DNA of 64,000 nt, from positions 1,028-65,027 of the forward strand of contig JAGSHI010000004.1 in assembly GCA_023954635.1 (NCBI GenBank), written 5' to 3'. The notes under the pieces are model-generated. The model was not told the origin of the DNA. It was given only the letters and a program-made list of their open reading frames with translations, and ran no database searches. Of the stretch, positions 43,791-52,636 are shown piece after piece. A program made the position numbers and the translations under genes. Positions within the stretch are counted from its first letter, which is position 1, and the number at the start of each line of letters is the position of its first letter. The stretch comes from Bacteriovoracaceae bacterium. Lineage in GTDB: Bacteria; Bdellovibrionota; Bacteriovoracia; Bacteriovoracales; Bacteriovoracaceae.

Positions 43791-45467
43791 ATGAGTGATT
43801 TCTTTCAGACTGGGCCTGAGCTGAGTAATACCTATAAGCTCGACCCTCTTCTTCAAAGTCTTTTAAAAAGAAAACTGCCAGCTAGTTTTAGGGGAGAAGT
43901 TGAAGAAGATCTTACTCGTTTTGGAGAAAGATTAGTAAGTGATATTTTGGCCTTCAGTGATGATGCCGAAGCTAACCATCCGACTCTCGTTTCTCACGAC
44001 CCGTGGGGAAATAGAATTGATGAAATAGAAACTAGTCTCGGTTGGAAAGAGTTGGATAAAGTTTCAGCTGAAGAAGGAATCGTGGCCATCGGTTACGAAA
44101 GAAAATTCGCCGAGTTTAGTCGACTCATTCAATTTGCAAAAATTTATCTTTATCATCCCTCTAGTGCTTATTATACCTGCCCACTCGCCATGACCGATGG
44201 AGCCGCCAAGTTGATTGAAACTTTTGGAGATACGAGTTTAAAAGAAGGCGCCTTTAAAAACTTAACTTCAAGAGATCCTAATCAGTTTTGGACTTCAGGA
44301 CAGTGGATGACTGAAAAGTCTGGAGGATCAGACGTCTCTGGAACTGAAACGGTAGCCAGGCTTGAAAATGGAGAATACAAACTTCATGGTGTGAAGTGGT
44401 TTACTTCGGCGACAACATCACAGATGGCCATGACTTTGGCCCGCATAGAAGATAAGGAAGGAAACTCGATAGAAGGAAATAGAGGACTTTCATTATTTTA
44501 TTTGGAACTAAGAAATGAAAAGGGTGAACTTCAAGGAATTGAGATACAAAGACTTAAAGATAAACTTGGAACGAAGGCCCTTCCCACAGCTGAACTTCAA
44601 CTCAAAGGTGTTCCAGCTAAATTGGTTGGAGAAGTCGGCGCCGGAGTAAAAACGATAGCAACACTTTTTAATGTCACAAGAATCTATAACTCATGTACCA
44701 CAATTGGTGCTTGGAAAAGGTTAATGGATCTCGCCAGAGATTATGCCGGAAAAAGACAGGCCTTTGGTAAAACTCTTGACCAACAGCCACTCCATTTAAA
44801 AATGCTTTCACATTTAGAAGTTCAGTTTCACGCGAGCTTTCACTTGGCCTTTTATGTGGCCGAGCTATTGGGATTAGATGAAGTAGGCAATTCAAAAGTA
44901 AATAAGGAAAGAGTGAACAAACTTCTTCGCTTCTTTACTCCAATAGCCAAACTGTATACTGCCAAAAATAATATGTTGGCCACCAGTGAACTCGTTGAGT
45001 CTTTTGGTGGAGCAGGATACGTTGAAGATACTGGAATTCCAAAGTGGCTTAGAGACAATCAAACGTTAACTATTTGGGAGGGAACGACAAATGTTCTCTC
45101 GTTAGATGTCTTAAGGTCAATTTCAAAGGAAGACACTTTTAGATATTTTGTTGATGAAGTTAAAGAGAAGCTTGGCGGAATAAATTCTTTAGAACTTAAA
45201 GAGGCAAAAGAGTCAGTAGTAACTGCATTTGAAAAGCTTTGCGTCTACGCTTTAAAGATGGGGGAGATGTCTCGAGATCAAGTCGAATCCCAGGCCAGAG
45301 ACTTTGCTTTTAGTATTGGCAATATTATGACCTCAGCTTTGATGCTTGAACACGCTGAGGCCTGTGGGGATGATAAATCGATCAAAGTAGTACAAAGATT
45401 TTGTACTTCAAAACTCTATTCAATAATTGAATACCGGAAAGATGATCACCAAGTCGTTTTTGGTTAA
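43791..45467 (+). CDS. acyl-CoA dehydrogenase family protein (AidB-like, long form)
   Basis: ATG at 43791. ACAD middle and C-terminal domain patterns (GQWMTEKSGGSDV, KWFTSA, FGGAGYVEDTGIPKWLRDNQTLTIWEGTTNV). Confidence 0.85.
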   Translation: MSDFFQTGPELSNTYKLDPLLQSLLKRKLPASFRGEVEEDLTRFGERLVSDILAFSDDAEANHPTLVSHDPWGNRIDEIETSLGWKELDKVSAEEGIVAIGYERKFAEFSRLIQFAKIYLYHPSSAYYTCPLAMTDGAAKLIETFGDTSLKEGAFKNLTSRDPNQFWTSGQWMTEKSGGSDVSGTETVARLENGEYKLHGVKWFTSATTSQMAMTLARIEDKEGNSIEGNRGLSLFYLELRNEKGELQGIEIQRLKDKLGTKALPTAELQLKGVPAKLVGEVGAGVKTIATLFNVTRIYNSCTTIGAWKRLMDLARDYAGKRQAFGKTLDQQPLHLKMLSHLEVQFHASFHLAFYVAELLGLDEVGNSKVNKERVNKLLRFFTPIAKLYTAKNNMLATSELVESFGGAGYVEDTGIPKWLRDNQTLTIWEGTTNVLSLDVLRSISKEDTFRYFVDEVKEKLGGINSLELKEAKESVVTAFEKLCVYALKMGEMSRDQVESQARDFAFSIGNIMTSALMLEHAEACGDDKSIKVVQRFCTSKLYSIIEYRKDDHQVVFG

Positions 45468-45471
45468 ACGC

Positions 45472-45948
45472 CTATGATTCCATAACAATTTGAGTTTGCA
45501 TGTATCTTTCGACACCAACTTTCTCAAGGAGTCCTTGTTGCGTTTCAAGCCAATCAACATGCTCTTCTTCACTTTCAAGGATGCTAGAGAATAAATCTCT
45601 AGTGACAAAGTCTTTAACTGATTCAGCATAAGCAATACAGTCTTTAAGATAGGGGACAGCTGCATTTTCAACTGCAAGGTCTGCCGCTATGATCTCTTCG
45701 ATATTTGACCCGATGGTAACTTTATCTAGCTTTTGAACATTTGGGATACCTTCAAGAAAAAGAATTCTTTTAATGAGTTGATCCGCATGTTTCATTTCAT
45801 CAATAGAGGCATTGTATTCTAAGGCACCAATTTTATCGAGGCCCCAGTCTTGAAGTATTCTTGAATGAAGAAAATATTGGTTAATGGCCGTTAACTCTCT
45901 CGTTAATACACCGTTTAGCAAATCAATGATTTTCGCATCACCTTTCAT
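45472..45948 (-). CDS. bfr: bacterioferritin, copy 2
   Basis: 158 aa with the same ligand set and Met52 as copy 1. About 21 substitutions relative to copy 1 by my count (about 87 percent identity). Confidence 0.93.
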   Translation of the reverse strand: MKGDAKIIDLLNGVLTRELTAINQYFLHSRILQDWGLDKIGALEYNASIDEMKHADQLIKRILFLEGIPNVQKLDKVTIGSNIEEIIAADLAVENAAVPYLKDCIAYAESVKDFVTRDLFSSILESEEEHVDWLETQQGLLEKVGVERYMQTQIVMES

Positions 45949-45977
45949 ATAATTTCTCCGTTAAATTTTTTTGAATA

Positions 45978-46178
45978 TTATGTTTTTGAATTCTTGGTAG
46001 TCAATGAATTGTTTTTTGAATTTGTTCTACTGGCAATTTTTTGAACAGCATCAATAACGCAGATACCACAGTCAGAGCCTACTCCAAGCCGTTTTAAAAC
46101 TTCATGAGTGGGGATACCTTTATCTACAAGGTCTTCAATCTTCTTTTCTGTAATGCCTTTGCATAAACAAACGACCAT
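45978..46178 (-). CDS. bfd: bacterioferritin-associated ferredoxin (BFD-like [2Fe-2S] domain), copy 2
   Basis: MVVCLCKGIT...GVGSDCGICV has the four-Cys BFD pattern. Directly upstream of bfr copy 2. Confidence 0.85.
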   Translation of the reverse strand: MVVCLCKGITEKKIEDLVDKGIPTHEVLKRLGVGSDCGICVIDAVQKIASRTNSKNNSLTTKNSKT

Positions 46179-46236
46179 AAAATCCTACTGAAGTGGCCAA
46201 TATATTTATTGACACTGGAGATATATTAACTTATTT

Positions 46237-46252
46237 GTTTGATATGTCAAAC
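46237..46252. promoter_or_regulatory. palindrome GTTTGATATGTCAAAC (GTTTGA-N4-TCAAAC), candidate operator overlapping -35 TTGACA of the bfd-bfr promoter (putative -10 TAATAT 16 nt downstream on the minus strand)
   Basis: Conserved with 838..853. Lies in the 140-bp divergent intergenic region between bfd copy 2 and the porin-like gene. Confidence 0.45.
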
Positions 46253-46318
46253 TATGGTTAAATGTACCATATAATGGTTACGCCTGACATACTAATTTTG
46301 TTGAATGGAGAATTTAAA

Positions 46319-47476
46319 ATGTATAAGTCATTGTTATTACTTGCTGTGTTAAGTTTCAATCAGTCCTTCGCAGCAACGATTGAAGAACTCGACGAGAGAA
46401 TGGACCTTTTAAGTGAAGAGATTCTAGAACTTAAGCAAGCTGGCCCCTCTAAATCAAAAACTTACTTCGGAGGTTACGGAGAGTTTGTTTATGTAAATAA
46501 GAGATCTAAGGATGAAAGCAAGACTTCAGTCTCAAATGCCAATAATCCCAAATTAGATGCTCAAAGATTTATTCTTTATATAGGACACGATTTTAATAAG
46601 AAGTGGAAACTCACAAGTGAAATCGAAGTTGAACACGCTAATGAGATTTTTCTTGAGCAAGGGACTATTGATTACACTCTTTCTGAAAGTATTAATATGC
46701 AAGCAGGGGTAATGCTTATTCCTGTAGGGCTCATTAATATTTATCATGAGCCAACAACTTTTTTTGGTGTGAATCGACCAGAGATTGCTAAAAAGTTAAT
46801 TCCAACAACTTGGAGAGAGCTTGGTGTTTCATTTTTTGGAAAAACTGGAGGCCTCGATTATAGATTGTCACTGGTTGATGGTTTACTTGCGAGTGGGTTT
46901 TCTTCTGATGGAGTGAGATCAGGTCGCCAAAAAGCTAGTAAAGCAGAAGGGCGAGACCTCGCTTGGGTCACTCAAGTTAACTACAACTTCTTAGGGACAA
47001 GTAAGGTTGGAGCCTCTGCTTATGTTGGAAAAGCTGGTGGAGTTCAAACTGAGGTCACTCATAATGTCTACGATCTTCATTTCGATTCCAAGTTCTCTGG
47101 CTTAAGCCTGAGAGGGGTTTACACCATGGTTAAGCTTGGTGGAATCGATAAGTTAAATGCTGAGCAAGGTAAAACTGGCTCAAGTTCGATTGCTTCTGAA
47201 ATGAAAGGTTATTACGCCAATTTAGGTTATAATGTTTTACATAAATTTACTGACTGGGAACTTATTCCTTTTATTCAGTATGAAAACTACAATACTCAAT
47301 CAAAGGTTGGGGGAGCTTTCACAAAAGATTTAAGCAAAGAAAGAACTAATATTACTTATGGCGTTTCTGTTAAGCCGATTAAGAATATTGTTTTTAAAGC
47401 GGATTATGTAAAGGCAACAAACAAGGCCAAGACCGGAGTGGATTCTTGGAACTTAGGAATGGGATGGAATTTCTAA
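46319..47476 (+). CDS. putative outer-membrane porin (OprO/P-like beta-barrel with N-terminal coiled coil), tentative
   Basis: ATG 46319, signal peptide, TIEELDERMDLLSEEILELK helix, alternating beta-strand pattern, terminal ...LGMGWNF. Confidence 0.5.
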   Translation: MYKSLLLLAVLSFNQSFAATIEELDERMDLLSEEILELKQAGPSKSKTYFGGYGEFVYVNKRSKDESKTSVSNANNPKLDAQRFILYIGHDFNKKWKLTSEIEVEHANEIFLEQGTIDYTLSESINMQAGVMLIPVGLINIYHEPTTFFGVNRPEIAKKLIPTTWRELGVSFFGKTGGLDYRLSLVDGLLASGFSSDGVRSGRQKASKAEGRDLAWVTQVNYNFLGTSKVGASAYVGKAGGVQTEVTHNVYDLHFDSKFSGLSLRGVYTMVKLGGIDKLNAEQGKTGSSSIASEMKGYYANLGYNVLHKFTDWELIPFIQYENYNTQSKVGGAFTKDLSKERTNITYGVSVKPIKNIVFKADYVKATNKAKTGVDSWNLGMGWNF

Positions 47477-47928
47477 AAATATTTCTCATACTTTTTATGA
47501 CTAATGCTCATGCCCAGGATTTAACTGGGCTGAGTTTTTTTAAGGCCAATCCAAATTGTGAACTGGGCAAAGACTATTTGTACTTATCTAAAGAGAAATC
47601 TCAACAGTTTGAAGTACAAAGAATTGTGAAGAGATACAAAATTAACTGCCCAAATGAAAAATTAACTGGTTATGCCATAAGCGATAAAATCAGAACTCAT
47701 TTTCAAAGTTTGTTGATTATCATTAAGAACCAGAAAGTAAAGTGGATCGATACCATTAAGTTTCTAGAACCTTTAAAGTATCAAGCTCCTTCTAAGTGGA
47801 TTGAGATAATGTTTCAGGGAAAAAAGCTAGATAAATTGAGTGCCGATGCTATTTCAGGAGCTACATTAACAACTCAATCCTACATGAGAATACTAAAGAA
47901 AATTGAAAGACTAGAAAGTGATAAGTAA
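47464..47928 (+). CDS. periplasmic FMN-binding-domain protein with flavinylation motif
   Basis: Signal peptide. C-terminal D-A-I-S-G-A-T (nt 47845..47865) matches the ApbE flavinylation motif Dxx(S/T)GA(T/S) of NqrC/RnfG-type FMN_bind domains. Confidence 0.7.
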   Translation: MEFLKIFLILFMTNAHAQDLTGLSFFKANPNCELGKDYLYLSKEKSQQFEVQRIVKRYKINCPNEKLTGYAISDKIRTHFQSLLIIIKNQKVKWIDTIKFLEPLKYQAPSKWIEIMFQGKKLDKLSADAISGATLTTQSYMRILKKIERLESDK

Positions 47929-48337
47929 ATTTGAAAAAAGAAATATTCTGATTTCATTTGTCCTCTGTTTAATAACGGGAGTCACTATCTATGTTCTTGA
48001 TAATTACTTTCAAGTTCAAGCTGAATGGGGGATAGAGTCGAGTCCCTATCTTAGTTTAGCAAAAGCTTTTCACTATATAACCACACCTCTGCTTATTCTT
48101 GCTGTCGGTTTTATCATTAAGAGTCATATTGCTCTCAAAATTAAAAACTTAGATAAAATGTTTACGAAAAAAAAGAAGTCTGGTCTCTTTCTATGTATCG
48201 GACTTGTATTACTTATTTTCTCTGGGCAATCATTACTGATCATTACATCAGAAACCATTCGAGAATTGGTCATTTATTTTCACTTAGGAATTGGCCTTCT
48301 CATGGGGCTGGCCTTAATTAGGCATCTGAGGCGTTAG
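47918..48337 (+). CDS. 4-TM membrane protein with intramembrane His residues (possible b-type cytochrome-like partner), tentative
   Basis: GTG start overlapping the upstream gene. Four hydrophobic helices with His in or next to them (AFHYITT, IKSHIAL, IYFHLGI, LIRHL). Confidence 0.45.
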   Translation: MISKFEKRNILISFVLCLITGVTIYVLDNYFQVQAEWGIESSPYLSLAKAFHYITTPLLILAVGFIIKSHIALKIKNLDKMFTKKKKSGLFLCIGLVLLIFSGQSLLIITSETIRELVIYFHLGIGLLMGLALIRHLRR

Positions 48338-48339
48338 AA

Positions 48340-48984
48340 ATGAAAATAGCAATTATCGGATCGACAGGACTCATAGGCTCAGAACTTTTAAAAGCACTTT
48401 TAAAAAATCCCAATATTTCTAAAGTCATCTCTATTTCTAGACGGCAAATAGATATTGATGAAGAAAAACTTGAACAAATTGTTATTACTGATTTGAATGC
48501 AAAATCATTAAACGAGTTAACGATTGAGGCCGATGTCTTTTTTTGTAGTTTAGGTACAACAATAAAGGTAGCCGGTTCAAAAGAGCGCTTCAAGGAGGTC
48601 GATTATGATCTCGTCTGTGCCTTTGGAGATTTGGCAAAGAAATCAAGTGCAAGCTCTTTGATTGTCATCTCAGCAATGGGTGCTAAGAAAGACTCCTTTG
48701 TTTTTTACAATAAAGTTAAAGGTGAAATGGAAGAATATATAAAGGGACTTGAATTGAAGTCGACTTATATCCTGAGACCTTCTTTGTTGATAGGATCTAG
48801 AAGCGAGAAAAGAACTTCGGAGGAATTAGGAATTAAAACCTTTAATGTCCTCGAACCAATTATGCCTAAAAAACTAAGTCTATTGATTGGGACAAAGGTT
48901 TCTTCTGTCGTTACATGTGTGGAAAATCTTATGGAGAAATCTGCTGATGGGTTTCATGTTGTTTCTGCGTCTGAGATCACTTAA
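48340..48984 (+). CDS. NAD(P)H-binding atypical SDR-like protein
   Basis: N-terminal Rossmann motif KIAIIGSTGLIGSELL. 214 aa. Starts 2 nt after the upstream gene. Confidence 0.75.
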   Translation: MKIAIIGSTGLIGSELLKALLKNPNISKVISISRRQIDIDEEKLEQIVITDLNAKSLNELTIEADVFFCSLGTTIKVAGSKERFKEVDYDLVCAFGDLAKKSSASSLIVISAMGAKKDSFVFYNKVKGEMEEYIKGLELKSTYILRPSLLIGSRSEKRTSEELGIKTFNVLEPIMPKKLSLLIGTKVSSVVTCVENLMEKSADGFHVVSASEIT

Positions 48985-49068
48985 ATGCCTTAAGTTCCTG
49001 TTAAAAAACAGTAAAATTGCAAATTGTGAAATATTAATTGTTGAATTACTTCAAAAATAAAGACATTA

Positions 49069-49404
49069 ATGCCTTCGCAATTTATTTATCTGTTTCAGAA
49101 AATAAGGAGAATATTGGTGATTCTAATTATGGCGCTACTGTTTACAAGCAATGTTTACTCTCAGGTCATAGAAGAAGATTCAGCTCTCATCCTTCACTCC
49201 ACACACTGTGCTCACAAAGCTAAAATGAGAAAATTCTCATTCTCTAAAAATGTCGTTATCGATTTCGATGACATTGAAAACGAGTTTAATATCTCTTCTA
49301 CAATTACATTAAATAATAAAAAGGTAATGGGCTGCAAATCTACCATTTCTGGAGAAGGTGAAGTTAAAGGTGTAGACGTTATCTCTGTTGGCTCTAGACG
49401 CTAG
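49069..49404 (+). CDS. hypothetical small secreted protein
   Basis: Signal-like ILVILIMALLFTSNVYSQ. No family recognised. Confidence 0.4.
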   Translation: MPSQFIYLFQKIRRILVILIMALLFTSNVYSQVIEEDSALILHSTHCAHKAKMRKFSFSKNVVIDFDDIENEFNISSTITLNNKKVMGCKSTISGEGEVKGVDVISVGSRR

Positions 49405-49596
49405 TCTTAAATCCCCTTTAAATGAGCCCCAAAGATTCACCAAGTTCCAGTAGAAGGTATGAACACCCTGTAATCTTGCTCTATTCTTACCTAAATATCT
49501 GAAAAATAACGATACTCTCTAAGTTCTTAGAATAAGTGGTGTTTTCACTAAAACTTTATTATAAAAAACAAGTTATATAAAAATTGCGAGGAAGAA

Positions 49597-50328
49597 ATGG
49601 GACGTAAATGGGCCAACATTGTTAAGAAGAAAGGTGCCGCAGATAAGCTACGTGGACAGATTTATACAAAGATTCTCTTTGAAGTTACTCGAGCAGTAAA
49701 ATCTGGTGGAGATGATGCTAATACAAACTTTCTACTCAAAATTGCACTAGAAAAATGTAAGAAAAATAATGTTCCTAAAGACAATATTGATCGAGCAATA
49801 AAAAAGGGTCTTGGAACAGATGACGACGGTTACCAAGAAATTACTTATGAAGGTTACGGTCCAAATGGGGTAGCAGTTTTTGTTGAGGCCTCAACAAATA
49901 ATGTTACTCGAACAGTTGCGAATGTTAGAGTTTGCTTTAATAAGGCCGGAGGGTCATTAGGTACAACTGGATCTCTACAATTTGTCTTTAATAGAAAAGC
50001 TTCATTTGAAGTTCCTGTTGGAAAGCTGGACGAAGATGAATTTACTTTAGAGATGATTGATGCTGGGGCCGAAGATATTGAAATAGAAGATGGATTTTTC
50101 TGTATTACAGGGCCCATGGAAGTTTTTGGTCAAATCTCTAAGAAATTAGAAGAGCTTAAGATTAATCCTGAAGAGGCCACATTAGAACAGGTGCCAGTAA
50201 CGTTTAAAGAAGTTGATGATGAAACCTATATTACTATAATGAAAATGATTGACGCTCTAGAGGCCGATGAGGATGTTATTAAAGCCTATCATAATATAGA
50301 ATTTAATGAGAGGTTTAACGAACTATAA
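49597..50328 (+). CDS. yebC: YebC/PmpR-family transcriptional regulator
   Basis: MGRKWANIVKKKGAADKLRG...YEGYGPNGVA... is the characteristic YebC-family sequence. Confidence 0.93.
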   Translation: MGRKWANIVKKKGAADKLRGQIYTKILFEVTRAVKSGGDDANTNFLLKIALEKCKKNNVPKDNIDRAIKKGLGTDDDGYQEITYEGYGPNGVAVFVEASTNNVTRTVANVRVCFNKAGGSLGTTGSLQFVFNRKASFEVPVGKLDEDEFTLEMIDAGAEDIEIEDGFFCITGPMEVFGQISKKLEELKINPEEATLEQVPVTFKEVDDETYITIMKMIDALEADEDVIKAYHNIEFNERFNEL

Positions 50329-50434
50329 TACTCAGCTATAGTTCTTTCTTTGCTGATTTATCTCACTTTTATTTCATGTTTCGCCGATGAGTTTAGTACA
50401 CAATATCTATTGTTGACTAAGGTGTGGAACAGCT

Positions 50435-50890
50435 ATGAATATAATTTCTAAAACAGTTTTAATTCTATTGTTTCTTCCTTCTTTGGTTTTCTCTGGAATC
50501 TCCTCCAAACAGCTAAACCAACTTTCAAGATTGAAAGGTTCCTATAAAGTAACTAAGGGAAGTCATAAAAATTGTTCTGATGGTTATCTTAATATAGTTG
50601 GTAAGGAAGATGATAAAGGTATAAGAATTGGTCACTCAATTTTTCTAGGTCCATTTAAAGACAGTCTTGAAAAGCCAACAAATAAAAATTGCCGAGTATC
50701 TACAAAGTTTAAAATGTCTGAGAAATCGATCACAGTCAAAACGGTAGTTGATAAATGTGCCATTAAAAGAAACCTTGAAGAAGGTAAAACAACACAACAT
50801 TTAATAATTAAAAATAACAAACTTGAGTATAAGGTCGATGAAACTGGATATAGTTGCTTCTATAGTAAAGTTGAGAAGGTGAAAGAATGA
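50435..50890 (+). CDS. hypothetical secreted protein
   Basis: Signal peptide, no family recognised. Stop overlaps the next start (ATGA). Confidence 0.45.
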   Translation: MNIISKTVLILLFLPSLVFSGISSKQLNQLSRLKGSYKVTKGSHKNCSDGYLNIVGKEDDKGIRIGHSIFLGPFKDSLEKPTNKNCRVSTKFKMSEKSITVKTVVDKCAIKRNLEEGKTTQHLIIKNNKLEYKVDETGYSCFYSKVEKVKE

Positions 50891-51648
50891 GAATCTTAAT
50901 TCTGGCACTAACGCTATTTTCATCGAATGTTTACTCTCAAGATATTAATGATCTTTTCAATCAGGTCCAAGAAGCTGTCAGCAATGCAGGAAATTCTCCC
51001 GAGGCCGGTTGTCCCCATTGTGTAGACGGAGAAACTCGCCTAAAAAAATTACCTCTTCCAATTGGTGGGAGAAATTTTAATGCAAAATGTACTAGTTTTA
51101 TTAAGTCTGATGGAACTTATGGGAAATGGGGTAAGCTCATTGTTAAATATTTAAATAAAACTGATGAAAGAAAAGAGCGTTTCTTTAGTCCTGCTCTTCC
51201 TGGTATGCAAACGACTCCAAGGTCGTGCCCAAACTGGGGCAATATGACTAATGATCAAAAGGGACAATTTTGGGTTTGGACATTTGCTTCTATTGCACAA
51301 GTAGAATCAAGTTGTAATAAACGGTCTGTAAATACAGGTGCTGTTCCAAACCGTAATGATCGTCCAAGAGGCCTCTTCCAACTAAATACATTACGAAGTG
51401 CAAGAGCATGGAGAGGACCAAATTGTAGGTTTCCTTCCGGTGCTGAAAATGTGTATATTGCAGCCAACTCAATTCACTGTTCATTAGATATCATGAGTGA
51501 AATCTTAAAAGGAAGAAGTGGAGAGTATAGAGGAAATGGAAAAATCTTTCCGACTAACTCATACTGGGAAAAGCTTAGACCTAATCATTCTTCGACAGGT
51601 GGAGATATTGGTAGGCTCATCAGAAAGTTTCCAGGTTGTATGCTCTAA
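50887..51648 (+). CDS. secreted protein with lytic-transglycosylase (SLT)-like motifs, tentative
   Basis: Signal peptide. FASIAQVESSCN (catalytic Glu-Ser context) and RGLFQL (GLMQ-like). Confidence 0.45.
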   Translation: MRILILALTLFSSNVYSQDINDLFNQVQEAVSNAGNSPEAGCPHCVDGETRLKKLPLPIGGRNFNAKCTSFIKSDGTYGKWGKLIVKYLNKTDERKERFFSPALPGMQTTPRSCPNWGNMTNDQKGQFWVWTFASIAQVESSCNKRSVNTGAVPNRNDRPRGLFQLNTLRSARAWRGPNCRFPSGAENVYIAANSIHCSLDIMSEILKGRSGEYRGNGKIFPTNSYWEKLRPNHSSTGGDIGRLIRKFPGCML

Positions 51649-51730
51649 TCTCTAAATTCTAATGATATCTTATTTGCTCGAAAAGCTTTATTATCTATAG
51701 GCAAGCTCTTAATTAATTGAAGGTAAAAAA

Positions 51731-52627
51731 ATGAGTAACAAACTTGAGGCACTTCTTGGGCATCTATCAAAAAATGAATTTGATAAACATTATAAAGAAA
51801 ATAAACCTTTTCATATTGAAGGGCTAGATAAAAGCTTATCTGAGCTTAAAGAGATAGGTTTTTTAAAGTCATTAGATGATCTCTTAAATTTTTGGCCAAC
51901 TCAAGTTGAAGCGATGTTACCTGGAATATGTGATGAGGCCAATACTAAAATAATTGACAGCAATGAAGCTAGAGATTCCTTTAAAGAGGGGATGAGCCTT
52001 CTTTTTAATGATGCGAATAATCTATCTCCAGTACTTAGCAATTGGGTTGAATCTTTGATTTTTGAATTAGGTCTTTCTAGAATGACCTATGGAAGAAATT
52101 TAATTTACGCCACTCCGGCAAGTAAAGGAAATGCCCCACATTTTGATCAAAATATTAATTTTGTTTTGCAACTTCATGGAGAAAAAAAGTGGTGGGTTGC
52201 CCCCAATACTCATGTTGAAAACCCACTTACAAGACATGTTATTGGACAACCGATTGATCCTGAACTTGAAAGTTATGCTCCCGAAATGCCATCGTCCTTT
52301 CCTGAAAACTCTGAAGAGTTTACGTTAAAAGCAGGTTCTATGCTTTTTGTTCCGAGGGGAGCTTGGCATAAGACTGAAGCTATAACCGATGCCCTCTCTC
52401 TTAACTTTACCTTTAGCTCTCCAAGTTGGATTGATGTTTTAAGTGCTGCTCTTCGCGGACGCTTGGCCATGTCGAAGGATTGGAGAGAAACTGCTGACTT
52501 TGTCTCTGATCCTAGTCGTCAGGATGAAGCAATGATTAAATTAGACCAATTATTATCTGAGTTGGCCCAAGATGTATCACACTGGAACGCAAAAGATATA
52601 TTAGGAGCTACTGAAGGCCAAGGTTAA
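51731..52627 (+). CDS. JmjC/cupin-4 family oxygenase-like protein
   Basis: HxD...H facial-triad candidates (APHFDQN ... GAWHKTEA) in a cupin-like context (VLQLHGEKKWWV). Confidence 0.65.
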   Translation: MSNKLEALLGHLSKNEFDKHYKENKPFHIEGLDKSLSELKEIGFLKSLDDLLNFWPTQVEAMLPGICDEANTKIIDSNEARDSFKEGMSLLFNDANNLSPVLSNWVESLIFELGLSRMTYGRNLIYATPASKGNAPHFDQNINFVLQLHGEKKWWVAPNTHVENPLTRHVIGQPIDPELESYAPEMPSSFPENSEEFTLKAGSMLFVPRGAWHKTEAITDALSLNFTFSSPSWIDVLSAALRGRLAMSKDWRETADFVSDPSRQDEAMIKLDQLLSELAQDVSHWNAKDILGATEGQG

Positions 52628-52636
52628 ACTATATTC

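Noticed and set aside
521-45471. The idea that the about 45-kb segment bracketed by the two direct bfd-bfr cassettes is a genomic island or composite mobile element.
   Set aside because: No integrase, transposase, tRNA, att-like repeat or plasmid/phage gene is visible. The repeats are diverged functional genes (roughly 80 percent nucleotide identity by eye), not IS-like ends. The content is mixed housekeeping (mutM, can, phhB).
49038-49223. 61-aa ORF overlapping the start of 49069..49404 in another frame.
   Set aside because: The overlapping 111-aa ORF has a plausible signal peptide (..ALLFTSNVYSQ, similar to other secreted proteins in the window). The 61-aa ORF has neither an RBS nor any recognisable feature.
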